DNA of 32,000 bases from Mesoplasma florum L1 (lineage in GTDB: Bacteria > Bacillota_I > Bacilli_A > Mycoplasmatales > Mycoplasmataceae): assembly GCF_000008305.1 (NCBI RefSeq), contig NC_006055.1, positions 630,001 to 662,000 of the forward strand, given 5' to 3'. Position numbers and translations under genes: made by a program. Positions 1 to 9,878 of the stretch are shown here, piece by piece. Position 1 is the first letter of the stretch. Every line of letters begins with the position of its first letter. The notes beneath the pieces are model-generated. The model made no database searches. It was not told the DNA's origin and saw nothing but the letters and a program-made list of their open reading frames with translations.

Positions 1-516
1 GAATTGTTGAATACCAAACGCTAAAGATTGAGTATCCCCTACAAGTCTTGTTAAAATGTTTCCTGAAACATGATCAAAGAAGAAATCAACATCTTGTTGA
101 GCTAATCTAATTAACATTTTTTGTCTTTGATTAATTTCTACATGAAGTGAAAACTGAGCAATACTTCAGTTAACAACATACTCAGAAAGTAGTAATAAAA
201 CTAAAGCAGCTAAAGTTATATATAATCAAGCTGTTCATTCTGTTAAACCAACTTCTCATGCTAAAAAGTTTAATGTATCTGCTCCAGGTTTTGTAATGGC
301 AGAAATCATCATTGTTGCAAACACCGGAAGGAAAGTTGCAACTATAGCATCAAACATTGTAAATAAACACATTGCTCAAAATATTAACTTGTTCTCTTTT
401 GCTGATTCAAAAATTTGGCGCATAAATACACCCATTTTTTTTCATGAAAATTCTAAATTAACATCAAATCCATGTTTATTTAATTGTTTACCATTTTGTA
501 AATTATTGTTGCTCAT
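1..516 (-). CDS. ABC exporter subunit (fused permease/ATPase type); only the N-terminal transmembrane part is present because the 3' end runs off the window
   Basis: The frame is free of TAA/TAG from the window edge to ATG 514-516. An AGGAAG RBS lies about 9 nt upstream. The start overlaps the stop of the upstream ABC gene by 14 nt. The hydrophobic N-terminus contains ...[12 protein letters not shown]..., typical of ABC exporter transmembrane domains. In-frame TGA is read as Trp. Confidence 0.7.
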
Positions 517-2482
517 TATTTGTTACTTCCTTTCCATCTTTTTTTGAGTTTCCAGCATCATATAAATCTTTGAAATGACCTGGAATTTTTTTAAGTTCAT
601 TGAAAGTACCTCTTTGAACGATTCCTTGTTTTGGTGCAAGAACTAATATTTCGTCTACATTTTTAATTGTTGAAAGACGGTGAGCTATAGTAACACTTGT
701 TCTACCTTTCATTAATTCATTTAATTTAGCTTGGATTTCTTTTTCTACAATATTATCTAAAGCACTTGTTGCTTCATCCAATATTAGTAGTTGTGGATCT
801 TTTAAGAACATTCTAGCTATTACTAAACGTTGTTTTTGACCACCAGATAACATAAATCCTCTTTCACCAAGAATTGTGTCATAACCATCAGGTCAAGTCA
901 TAATTAAATCATGTAGCTCAGCTTTTTTACAAGCTGCAATAACTTGTTTATTTGTAGCTTCAAATCTACCATATCTAACATTGTCATAAACATTACCTAA
1001 GAAAATTGCTGGTTCTTGTTCAACATATCCTACTTTATCTAAATAAGATGAAAGAACTACATCTTTTAAGTCAATATCTTCGTTAATTAAAACTTGTCCA
1101 ATAGTTGGATCATAAAATCTTAATAAAAGTTTTGAAATTGTTGATTTACCTGCTCCAGTTGTCCCAACAAATGCATATGATTTACCTTGTTCAAAAGTAA
1201 AGTCAAATTTAGGTAAAACTAATTCAGTAGGTTTTTCAGGATATGCAAATGCAACATCTTTAAAATAAATATTTCCCTTTATTTTTTCTACTATAACACC
1301 ATTTTTATCTTCAAAATGATTATTAAATCTTGGTTCTTGTTCAAGTATTTCACCTATTCTCTTAGATGCAACATTTGATTGAGTTAATCCAACAAGAACT
1401 CTTAAGAATGACATTAATGGACCAATCATAAGTGATGATGCTGAAATCATACCTGGTAATACGGCAACTACTTGGTTTGAATCATAAATAAGTACTGTAG
1501 CTATAATCATTACAGTTTCGATGGCATTAATAATTAAGAATATCAATGATAAAACTATAGCTTGATAGTAGTTCATCAATGATGATTGTTTAAAGTAAGG
1601 TATATGTTTTTCAATAAATCTATTTTCTTCATATTCTTCTGTTCCAGAAGCTTTAATTAATTTAACGTTGTTAATTCTATCTGTAACATCTCCATTTACT
1701 TCAGTAACAATTTTTCTTGTTTTGTAAGCAATTGGTTTCATTGGTATAAATAAAATAAAGAATATTAAAAATAAAGTTAAGAATACACAAATTAAAACTA
1801 TAGTTAATGAACCACTAATTGTAGACATAACTATTATTGCTGCTATTGTTGTCAATATACCATTTAAGAAAGTTATTGGAATAATCCCAGTTTGTTCTCC
1901 AATGATTTGTGTATCAGAAACAACTTTTGTTAAAATTTCCCCAATTTTTTTATCAGAGTAGTATGACATGTCCATTGAAACTAATTTTTTGTTTAAGTCA
2001 TTTCTTAAATCAACTTCAATTTTTTTCCCTAACATACCAGCTGTTCATTGAGAAACAAATGTTGCAATAGCCATTGCAATAACAATACCCATTTCAATTC
2101 AAAGTAAACCTGTAAAGTTAACTCCTCATCATTTAGCTAAAGCTTGACTATATCTTTCTCATAAATCTGTTCCTTCAGCAGCGTCTTTATATCTTTCAAC
2201 TACTACTGCTGTACTCATTTGTTCAATAATTTTTGGAGTCATAGCTGTAGCAACTGAAAGAATTAAAACAGAAACTAGCATTAAGAAAGTTCACATTTTG
2301 TTTTTACCCATATATCTTAAAATTAAAGCTATATAAGATTTTGATTTTTTCTTTGATTTTGTTGGTTCAAGTTCAGTGTTTAAATCTGATTTTTTTAATC
2401 ATCTTGAAACTCTTACTTGAGGTGTTGAAGATTCATTGATTTTTTCATTATCAAGCATCTCTTGTTCTTCTCTGTCGATCAT
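503..2482 (-). CDS. ABC transporter ATP-binding/permease protein (exporter type, 659 aa)
   Basis: ORF fragments 503-853 and 893-2035 plus an upstream extension share one frame, joined through TGA (for example 893-895). No TAA/TAG occurs up to ATG 2480-2482, which has an AGAGGG RBS. Motifs seen: Walker [10 protein letters not shown], signature LSGGQKQR, Walker [13 protein letters not shown] and H-loop TIAHRLST. Confidence 0.9.
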
Positions 2483-2525
2483 AAATACCCTCTTTTCTAA
2501 ATAAAATTACTTTTGTATTTTAAAT

Positions 2526-2534
2526 ATTTTACCA
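2526..2534 (-). promoter_or_regulatory. Extended -10 element (TGGTAAAAT) for the ABC transporter operon
   Basis: The reverse complement of 2526-2534 reads TGGTAAAAT. It lies about 44 nt upstream of ATG 2482 and just downstream of the dprA terminator hairpin. Confidence 0.4.
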
Positions 2535-2544
2535 CCAAAATACA

Positions 2545-2570
2545 AAATAAAAAACACCAAAAGTGTTTTT
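2545..2570 (-). terminator. Rho-independent terminator after the dprA-like gene
   Basis: The minus strand reads AAAAACAC-TTTTG-GTGTT followed by TTTTTTATTTT. This is a 5-bp stem plus T-run that starts at the stop codon. Confidence 0.5.
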
Positions 2571-3348
2571 AAATTTGATTTAGAATATCTGTTGCACTTT
2601 CTAATAATTTAGCGCCATTTTTTAATAAATTATTGCTAGAAGATTCAGTATCTTTTAAATTTTGTGGAATTGCGAAATAGGGTTTATTTTCATTTAGAAC
2701 AGCATTAAACAAAGGCTCAATTTTTTTAAAATTTGAATGTTCTAAGAATATAATCGCTTTTGATAATCCATTTATTATTCTTATATTCATTTCTTCTTTG
2801 TTGTTATTTGACTTATACTTAAAATTATTTGATTCTTCATATTCACTTATGATTATAAAATCATAATATTCTATATTTTTATGTTTCGCTCAAGATTCAC
2901 TGTTTAAAAATGATTGAAGTGGTTCTTTAGTTACAACAATTAACTTACCTTGTTTTTCAATGATAAAGTCTAATAATTTATTATCTTGAGAATTTTCACA
3001 AGATAATAGTATTGTTCTATTTTCTTTAATAAGATCTTCAACTACCTGTTTTATTACTTTAAAGTTATACTCATCAATATTATCTGAACTATTAATAAAA
3101 ATTGTTTGAAAGTAATTTTGTAGTAATGAAATATTACCTAAATAATAAAGAATGAAAGGGGGCTTCATTATTTGTTTTAAGTTGTTTGGGTATAGTGGAT
3201 TTATAATGGAAATAAAGTTATTTGGTATAGAATTTGGAACTTTAATTAAATCTTGTGTTTCTATTTTTTCTTTTCTATCTAACGCATCATAAATTTTTTC
3301 TCAATCCCCATGGTATTTTAAAGAAAAATATAATAGTACATTATCCAT
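2569..3348 (-). CDS. dprA: DprA/Smf-like DNA-processing protein (divergent, 259 aa)
   Basis: Fragments 2569-2790 and 2890-3168 plus an upstream extension join in one frame via TGA at 2890-2892 and 3301-3303, up to ATG 3346-3348. The layout matches DprA: YPNNLKQIMKPPFILYYLGN, IISEY, RIINGLSKAIIFLE, FAIPQNL and NLLKNGAKLL. The residues of the usual SGxARGID segment are not conserved. Confidence 0.6.
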
Positions 3349-3352
3349 AGTA

Positions 3353-3658
3353 TTAATTTAAATACATTATTCTATTTGCAATAATTTCGTTAAAAACATT
3401 TGAGCTTTCTTTATTAACTGATGAATGTATTCTAGCTTCAATTCCAACAACAGCTTGATCATGTAAAGCAAACTCATCATTAATAGCAGATGATCAGGCT
3501 TTTATGTTAATTAAATCATCTTCATTTTTACCTGTTTTAGATTTATATAGGTTAGGTACTCTAACTACAAACTTATATAATTTTGCATTACCATCTTTTG
3601 ATGTGTAAGTAACTTGTGCATCTCCTTCAATTTGACCAATTATATTTACTAAATTCAT
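3353..3658 (-). CDS. Short single-stranded DNA-binding (OB-fold) protein paralog lacking a C-terminal acidic tail (101 aa)
   Basis: This gene is absent from the ORF track because it is split by TGA. ATG 3656-3658 has an AAAGGAG RBS, and the stop is TAA at 3353-3355. The protein runs MNLVNIIGQIEGDAQVTYTSKDGNAKLYKFVVRV...DLINIKAWSSAINDEF...VVGIEARIHS and follows the SSB N-terminal OB-fold pattern. It ends ...ANRIMYLN with no DDxPF-type tip. Confidence 0.65.
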
Positions 3659-3729
3659 ATGAACTCCTTTTTTTATATGTGTCAGATACCTGACATAATA
3701 TAATTAAGAAAAAAATAAAAAAAATAACA

Positions 3730-4356
3730 TTAAAAGTTATTTTCTAGAATATCTTTAATTGGTTTGTAGGTTTTTCGGTGTATTGGCAAAACACCAAGCA
3801 TTTTAGTTTTTTCAACATGTTCTTTTACACAATAACCTTTATGAGATTCAAAATTATATTCAGGATAAATTTTAGCATAATCCAACATTATATTGTCTCT
3901 TGTAGTTTTTGCTAAAATTGAAGCTGCTGCAATTGATTGACTTAAATCATCCCCTTTAATAAATGGGGCACATACATATTCTTGAATAATAATATTTTCT
4001 GCATCAATCAAACATAAATCAGGCTTAGGTTTTAAATTCATAATAGATTTTGTCATACCAATTCTGCTAGCTTGTTTAGGATTTAATATATCTACTTCAT
4101 CTGCTTCAATTATTTCAATAGCATAGCTTATAGCTACTGACTTTATTTCTTCGCAAAGTGATTCTCTTTGCTTTTTGCTTAATTTTTTTGAATCTCTAAT
4201 TAAACAATTTTTATAATCTTTTGGCAATATTACACTTGCTACAACAACAGGTCCTGCCATTGCACCTCTACCAGCTTCATCACTGCCACTAATAAAATCA
4301 GTTTTATATTTTTCTCTAATTTGACTATCAAATAATATTCTTGATTCATCTATCAT
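3730..4356 (-). CDS. rnhB: Ribonuclease HII
   Basis: Intact 208-aa ORF carrying the SGSDEAGRGAMAGPVVVASV catalytic motif. It is syntenic with rbgA, as in Bacillus. Confidence 0.9.
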   Translation of the reverse strand: MIDESRILFDSQIREKYKTDFISGSDEAGRGAMAGPVVVASVILPKDYKNCLIRDSKKLSKKQRESLCEEIKSVAISYAIEIIEADEVDILNPKQASRIGMTKSIMNLKPKPDLCLIDAENIIIQEYVCAPFIKGDDLSQSIAAASILAKTTRDNIMLDYAKIYPEYNFESHKGYCVKEHVEKTKMLGVLPIHRKTYKPIKDILENNF

Positions 4357-5297
4357 AAATCTGAAATATCCTCGATTGCTTTTTCATTTTTAATTTTTGA
4401 TGCTTTTTCCATTTCCTCTGGAACAACTTCTAAAATTCTTTCAAAAGAAACTTTATTAAATTCATTAGCAATAATATCTCTCATAAAAGCATCAATTACT
4501 CTATCATAGTCAAGTAAATCATCATTCATGTATCATTTTCTTACTTTTGCAATCATTTCAAAAATTATAAAAGTATCTGTTATTTGAATTGGTCTTTGTA
4601 ATCTGGGAGAAATTTTATAATGATTTTCAATTAATCCTTCATAGTGATTAAATAAGTATTGCATTAATTTTCCTGCAACTCTTTCTTTAGGATATACATC
4701 TTCTTTAATAGAATTAATTGCACATATATTAGTTGCTACAGTTTCATTTTCTAACTTTGCTGGTAACACTCCGGGTGTATCTAATAAAGAAATAAATTGT
4801 GATAAGTGTATTAATTGAATACCTCTTGTTAATCCTGGTTTATTACCAGCTTTAACACTTTTGTTTTTGATCAATCTATTAATGAATGTTGACTTACCTA
4901 CATTTGGGATTCCAATAACTAAAACATTAATTAATGAGTTTACCATTCCTTTTGCTTTATCTTTTTCTTGTTTTTCTTTTGTTGCTTTATTAATTAAGTC
5001 AATTAATGGTTTAACAATATTTTTTTGTTTATCGTCTAAAACCATTACAGTATTATTTTTTTTCTCATAAAACTCAACTCATTCTTTAGTTATATTTGGG
5101 TCTGCAATATCAGCTTTTGATAAAACATATAAGATTGGTTTATTCTTTAAAATTTTTGAAAAAGTTAAATTACGAGATGAATATGGTGCACGGGCATCTA
5201 AAATCTCGATTACTAAATCAACTACAGGTATTTTTTCTTCAATGTTTTTTAAAGTCTTATTCATATGACCTGGAAATCAGTTAAATTCTGCACTCAT
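4350..5297 (-). CDS. rbgA: Ribosome biogenesis GTPase A (YlqF/RbgA)
   Basis: Fragments 4533-5045 and 5079-5264 are joined and extended through TGA (4533, 5079, 5277, 4353). ATG 5295-5297 has an AAAGGAG RBS. The N-terminus is MSAEFNWFPGHM. Circularly permuted GTPase motifs are present (DARAP, NVGKST, DTPG). The TAG stop at 4350-4352 overlaps the rnhB start by 7 nt. Confidence 0.9.
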
Positions 5298-5337
5298 ATC
5301 GTTTTCTCCTTTTAAATCTTTTTATATTATAACAAAT

Positions 5338-5363
5338 AAAAAAACCCTCATTTATTATGAGAG
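5338..5363 (-). terminator. Rho-independent terminator after rplS
   Basis: The minus strand reads CTCTCAT-AATAA-ATGAGGG followed by TTTTTTTATTT. Confidence 0.6.
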
Positions 5364-5386
5364 TTATATTGTTTAATAATTGACAA

Positions 5387-5773
5387 CTATTTTTTATCAG
5401 CTTTTGTTGGTAAGATTTCTTTAATTCTTGCAGCTTTACCTGATAATTTTCTGATGTAGTAAATTCTAGCTCTACGTACACGTCCACGTTTAACGATAGT
5501 AACTTTATCAATAATTGGTGAATGTAGTGGGAAAGTTCTTTCTACGAATACACCGTTTGATAATTTTCTAACAACAACAGAATAAGTAATACCTGAACCT
5601 TGAGTTTTGATTACTAATCCTTCAAATGTTTGAATACGGAATTTTTCTCCCTCTTTAATTTTAACGTCAACTTTAATAGTATCCCCTGATGTAAAATCTG
5701 GTAAGTCGTTACGTAATTGGTTGTTAATAATAGCGTATTTTGATTGTGTTGTTTTAGTTGCTTTTGATGCCAT
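5387..5773 (-). CDS. rplS: 50S ribosomal protein L19
   Basis: 128-aa ORF containing ...[42 protein letters not shown]...[10 protein letters not shown]... Confidence 0.95.
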   Translation of the reverse strand: MASKATKTTQSKYAIINNQLRNDLPDFTSGDTIKVDVKIKEGEKFRIQTFEGLVIKTQGSGITYSVVVRKLSNGVFVERTFPLHSPIIDKVTIVKRGRVRRARIYYIRKLSGKAARIKEILPTKADKK

Positions 5774-5774
5774 A

Positions 5775-6506
5775 TTATTTATCTCCTTTCGATTTTCTAA
5801 GATTTTCTAATAATTGTATTTGTATTTTATTTAATTTGGACTCATCAATTAAATCTGGTCTTTTATTAAAAGTAGAAATTAATTGTTGTTCGTCTCTTCA
5901 CTTTTGAATATTAGCGTGATGTCCACTTAAAAGGACTTCAGGAACTTTGTCTCCCCTATAATCATGGGGTTTTGTATACACTGGATAATCTAATAAATTA
6001 TTTTCAAAACTTTCTTGCTCATGTGATTCAGTATTTATAACTCCTGGTAGAATTCTAGTAATAGAATCTAGCATTATTAATGAAGGTAACTCCCCACCAG
6101 TTAACACATAGTCACCAATAGATATTTCAACATCAATATATTTTAATATTCTTTCATCAAAACCTTCATAATGACCACATACTATAATGATGTGATTGTA
6201 TTCTGTTGCAAATGATTTTGCTAAGTTTTGATTTCAAGTTTTCCCTTGTGGAGATGTTAATACAACAATTGAGTTTTCTGTTTTAACAGATTCAATTGCA
6301 CTAACAACTGGATCACACATTAAAACCATTCCTCTTCCCCCTCCAAATTGATATTCATCAACTTGATTATGAGGTAGTGTTGTAAAATCTCTTATATCAA
6401 TAATTTCTAATTCAATCTTTTCACGCTCTAGAGCTTTTTTAATAATTGATTCAGAAATATAAGATTTAATAATATTTGGGAATAACGTTAGAATTGAATA
6501 TTTCAT
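5775..6506 (-). CDS. trmD: tRNA (guanine37-N1)-methyltransferase
   Basis: Fragments 5898-6107 and 6234-6506 are joined through TGA (5898, 6234). The N-terminus is [13 protein letters not shown]. The stop TAA at 5775-5777 lies 1 nt before the rplS ATG. Confidence 0.9.
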
Positions 6507-7006
6507 TATTTTAATCCTTCAATGTTTTTTAAAGTTATAATTCTAGATTCATCATCAATGTTGTTAGTGTACACATCAACCAAAGGTACTCAAAATGCTT
6601 TTTCTTCATTTTCTAATAGTACTTTGACTAAATCATGATTACCATTAAACATTGTTTCAATAACTTTACCATTTTGTTTGTTATACACAACAGAATAGTA
6701 AGTTAAATCATAGAATATTGAAAATGCATCATTGTCATTTAAATATTTAACTTTTTTGCCTTTAAAGATTTCAACCTCATTAATATGATTATGTTCTTTA
6801 AAGTAAACAACTAAATGACTTTTTTGCATACTTATTGATTCAACTTGTTTTGGAATAATTACATTGTTTGTGTTTTCAATAAATAAAAGTTTAATTCCAT
6901 TTATGTCATTAACTTCAATGCTTTTTTCTAAAGCTATCTTCACAGCTCCTTTAATACCAAATGTGTTGACAATTTTTCCAATAGATAATAAATTTTTATT
7001 TTCCAT
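6506..7006 (-). CDS. rimM: 16S rRNA processing protein RimM
   Basis: ORF 6590-7006 is extended through TGA 6590 to TAA 6506-6508, overlapping the trmD ATG by 1 nt. The N-terminus [19 protein letters not shown] is typical of RimM. The gene sits in the rpsP-rimM-trmD-rplS synteny. Confidence 0.85.
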
Positions 7007-7063
7007 TTTACTTCCTTGCTAAATTTAAAGTGGTTTTAAAACAAATTTTTAATTCTGTTCGAA

Positions 7064-7333
7064 TTATTTTTTGTTAGCAAGTTTTGCTTCGTGTAATGCT
7101 TTCATTACACCTTGTTGTGATAATAATTCTCTAACAGTTTCAGTTGGTTGAGCACCATTTTGTAATCATTTTAAAGCTAATTCATTGTTAATTTTAACTT
7201 CTGATTTTAATGGATCAAATGTTCCAATTAACTCTATGTATTGACCATTACGGTTAACTCTTGAATCAGCAGCAACGATTCTGTAGAAAGGTGCTTGTTT
7301 TTTACCAATTCTTTTTAATCTAATTTTTACCAT
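7064..7333 (-). CDS. rpsP: 30S ribosomal protein S16
   Basis: The true start is ATG 7331-7333, directly after an AGGAGG RBS; the ORF-track start at 7393 is spurious. The protein begins [25 protein letters not shown] and is extended through TGA 7166 (ALKWLQNGAQP) to TAA 7064-7066. Confidence 0.95.
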
Positions 7334-7365
7334 GTTTCCTCCTATAATTTTTAAAACCTTATTTA

Positions 7366-7393
7366 ATTTTACTAAAAATAAAAAGGGTGTCAA
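7366..7393 (-). promoter_or_regulatory. Sigma-70-type promoter of the rpsP operon
   Basis: On the minus strand, -35 TTGACA (7388-7393) and -10 TAAAAT (7366-7371) are separated by a 16-nt spacer. The promoter lies about 35 nt upstream of the rpsP ATG. Confidence 0.55.
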
Positions 7394-7413
7394 GTAAAAC
7401 TACTTAACTTCCC
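7381..7413 (-). terminator. Putative terminator after the His-rich membrane protein gene
   Basis: An imperfect hairpin GGGAAGTTAAGTA-GTTT-TACTTGACACCC is followed by TTTTTATTTTT on the minus strand. It overlaps the rpsP -35 box. Confidence 0.4.
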
Positions 7414-7420
7414 TCATTTT

Positions 7421-8290
7421 TTATTTATATCTGTGGTTTATTGGTCTCATTCTTCATTCAACAATGCTGAAAATTGAGAAAGCTACGCTATATCTTAAGA
7501 TATTTCATGCAAATATTGAAATTCCAATAACAAAATTAATATCTGCTACATTTTCTAACTTACCATCTGAATGATCATGTCCTTCATGGAATAAACTTAT
7601 TGAATGTTCATGTACATGATGACTATTAGTTGTTAAGCCGTCTAAATACATTCCTAATATAAACATACCTGTTGTAATAATTGATGCAAATATAATCATT
7701 AGTGGAATTGGTGCGAACCTTTTGAATCTAGATTTTATTTTATTTGTTTCTCTATGTATTGGTGAGTTATTAAAAAGTACATTGAACACAAGTCATACCA
7801 TTCAAACAATTAACACATTTTGAGGTGCTTCAATGACAGTTGATCAAATACCATGATCTCCACCATGCATGGCAAAATGAATAAAAGGATTTAATAATCC
7901 AATAATTGATGAAAATATTGGACCCAATGTTGCTATTGATATACAAATAAATGCAATATCTAAAAATCTAAAATCAATTCATAGTTGACCTGAACCTACT
8001 GGTAACGCAATTTTTTCAAATAAAATGTCTAGAGCGCTAACTGTTGCTGTTAAAGCTAAGAACACAGAAGTAAGTACCATTTTATAAATAAGTCTTCTTC
8101 TAGACATTCTAAATTCAATAGATAGTTTAAATTCATCTTTTTCAATATGGTCATGCCCACCTTTTGAATCAAAGTGATGAATTCCATGATAGTGATCTTC
8201 TTTTCTATGTTCTTTTTTGCTTATTTCTTCTTCTTCGTTTAAACTTATATCTTTTAAATAAGTTCCATATTCTTTTTCTTTGTTTTTCAT
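7421..8290 (-). CDS. Multi-pass membrane protein with three His-rich segments; ECF-transporter S-component-like (289 aa)
   Basis: Fragments 7505-7789 and 7979-8344 share one frame, joined through several TGA with no TAA/TAG. The true start is ATG 8288-8290, after an AGGAGA RBS. His clusters are EHRKEDHYHGIHHFDSKGGHDH, HFAMHGGDHG and NSHHVHEHSISLFHEGHDH. The core WIDFRFLDIAFICISIATLGPIFSSIIGLL resembles ECF S components. Confidence 0.5.
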
Positions 8291-8300
8291 GTTTTCTCCT

Positions 8301-8333
8301 AATTTATAAAAATTATAAATAAGAATTATAAAT
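8301..8333. promoter_or_regulatory. Divergent promoter region with tandem AATTATAAAT boxes
   Basis: AATTATAAAT occurs at 8311-8320 and 8324-8333, with a near copy AATTTATAAA at 8301-8310. Each reads TATAAT on the minus strand, 20-40 nt upstream of ATG 8290. Confidence 0.35.
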
Positions 8334-8401
8334 ATTTCAAGCAATTTTAAAAAAATAAAAATAATATAAGATAAAATAAAAAAAGAAATGAGGAAATTAA
8401 T

Positions 8402-8965
8402 ATGTCAAAAAACAATGTATTAGATATGATCGTTGAAATTCCTAAAGGTTCTTCTAATAAATATGAAGTAGATGCAAAAACTGGAAGAATTATTTTAGAT
8501 AGAGTTTTATACGGTGCTAACTTTTACCCAGGAGAATACGGAATGGTTGAAAATACACTAGACTGAGATGGAGATCCATTAGATGTTATTAGTTTATGTA
8601 CATACCCAACAATGCCTGGTGTTCAAGTAAGTGTTAGAATTTTAGGATCAATTAAAATGATTGATGCTGGAGAAATTGATACTAAATTATTTGGAGTTTT
8701 CAATGACGATCCAAGATTTAGTTCTTATGAAAAATTAGAAGATGTTCCTCAACACTTACGTGATGAAATTGAAAACTTCTTCTTACAATACAAAGCTTTA
8801 CAAAAAAAATCAGTAAAAATTAACGGTTGAGGAACTTTAGAAGAAGCAATCGAAGAATTACATGAATGTAAAGAAAGATTTGCAGAATACAAAGACAGAC
8901 TTGAAGCTGGTGAAAGAGACTTAATCTTAGCTGAGTGAAAAGAAAAAGGAATTGGGCAAGGATAA
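8402..8965 (+). CDS. ppa: Inorganic pyrophosphatase (family I)
   Basis: ATG 8402 follows a GAGGAA RBS. The frame is open through TGA at 8563, 8828 and 8936. The protein contains IVEIPKGSSNKYE...YPGEYGMVENTLDWDGDPLDV...IDAGEIDTKL. The stop is TAA at 8963-8965. Confidence 0.95.
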
Positions 8966-8968
8966 TTT

Positions 8969-8991
8969 AAACAACTTAAAGTTGTTTTTTT
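8969..8991 (+). terminator. Rho-independent terminator after ppa
   Basis: AACAACT-TAA-AGTTGTT followed by a T-run. Confidence 0.65.
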
Positions 8992-8993
8992 AT

Positions 8994-9019
8994 ACAAAAA
9001 AAGAGGTTTTTAACCTCTA
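8994..9019 (-). terminator. Rho-independent terminator after the 264-aa membrane protein gene (convergent with the ppa terminator)
   Basis: The minus strand reads AGAGGTT-AAA-AACCTCT followed by TTTTTTGT. Confidence 0.6.
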
Positions 9020-9021
9020 TC

Positions 9022-9816
9022 TTACATATAAACAAATGGTCCAACTCATTTAGCGTTTTCTCAAAACTCAGAATTTTTTATTAATGGTAAATAACTTATT
9101 TTTATATTTTGAGCATAAGTTCTTGCACTAATGAAATCTTGAACATATTCTTCTAAAGTTAATTTAACCAATGAGCTGATTTCATCAGTGTAATTATATT
9201 CAATAGCTTCTTTAACTTTAAGTGAAAAGAAATAAGACATAATCATAGAAATAAATCCTATAAAAAATAATACTGAAAACATAGGGATTTTTCATATTCA
9301 AAGAATAATCTTATCTGTGTTTTCGCTTGTTCTTCCACTCATATAACCAAATAAAATACAATTTATTAATAAACAAATACACATTAGTGCTAAAGATAAA
9401 AATGGAATAGTTACTAACAATCATTTGTATCCTCTTACCAAACCATTTTTTTCATTTATTTTTGACGCTATTCACAATCTTGAAATAATATAATCAATTT
9501 CATATCCAACAGATTCAAATATTTTTTTAGATATCACAATTTGTTTTTTACTTTTATTTAGGTTTCTAAATAAACTAATATAGTTTTCTGTATCTGCATA
9601 AATGATTTCATAATCTGCTAAATGATAAATTCTTTTAAACTGTTCTATAATTCTTTCAATTTCTTTTGAGCTTATAACATCATTGTATGAATTGATTCTG
9701 GGTACTTGATAATTTATATATGACTTATTAAAATACAACACCGAAAATAGTAACGATATCATAACAATAAAGTTAACTATTAATAACATTAAATTTATAA
9801 TAAATAAGTTATCCAT
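9022..9816 (-). CDS. Membrane protein of unknown function (264 aa)
   Basis: Fragments 9061-9282 and 9472-9816 plus a linker are in one frame, joined through TGA (9061, 9046, 9292, 9298, 9421, 9472). ATG 9814-9816 has an AGGTGA RBS. The protein has an N-terminal TM helix, a soluble segment, then 3-4 TM helices. Confidence 0.75.
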
Positions 9817-9837
9817 ATTATCACCTATAATGATTAT

Positions 9838-9862
9838 AAAAAAAATAACACCTAAGTGTTAT
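9838..9862 (-). terminator. Rho-independent terminator after yebC
   Basis: The minus strand reads ATAACAC-TTAG-GTGTTAT followed by TTTTTTTT. Confidence 0.65.
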
Positions 9863-9878
9863 AAAAAGATTTTATTAA

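Noticed and set aside
3680-3695. The hairpin TGTCAG-ATAC-CTGACA between rnhB and the ssb-like gene, considered as a terminator or riboregulator.
   Set aside because: It has only a 6-bp stem and is not followed by a T-run on the transcribed strand. It could be a weak 5' stem-loop, but the evidence is too thin to call a feature.
5281-5511. A 76-aa minus-strand ORF spanning the rplS 3' end and terminator.
   Set aside because: It overlaps rplS out of frame and runs through the terminator hairpin and the rbgA RBS. It has no RBS of its own.
7334-7393. Longer N-terminal extensions suggested by the ORF track, for rpsP to 7393, argS to 18083, pyrH to 19441 and the His-rich protein to 8344.
   Set aside because: The conserved N-termini begin at internal ATGs that sit directly behind strong Shine-Dalgarno sequences. 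The upstream extensions run through promoter or terminator elements or start at GTG/TTG without an RBS.
8749-8997. An 82-aa minus-strand ORF.
   Set aside because: It lies antisense to the well-supported ppa gene and its terminator, and its product is Ser/Leu-rich low-complexity sequence.
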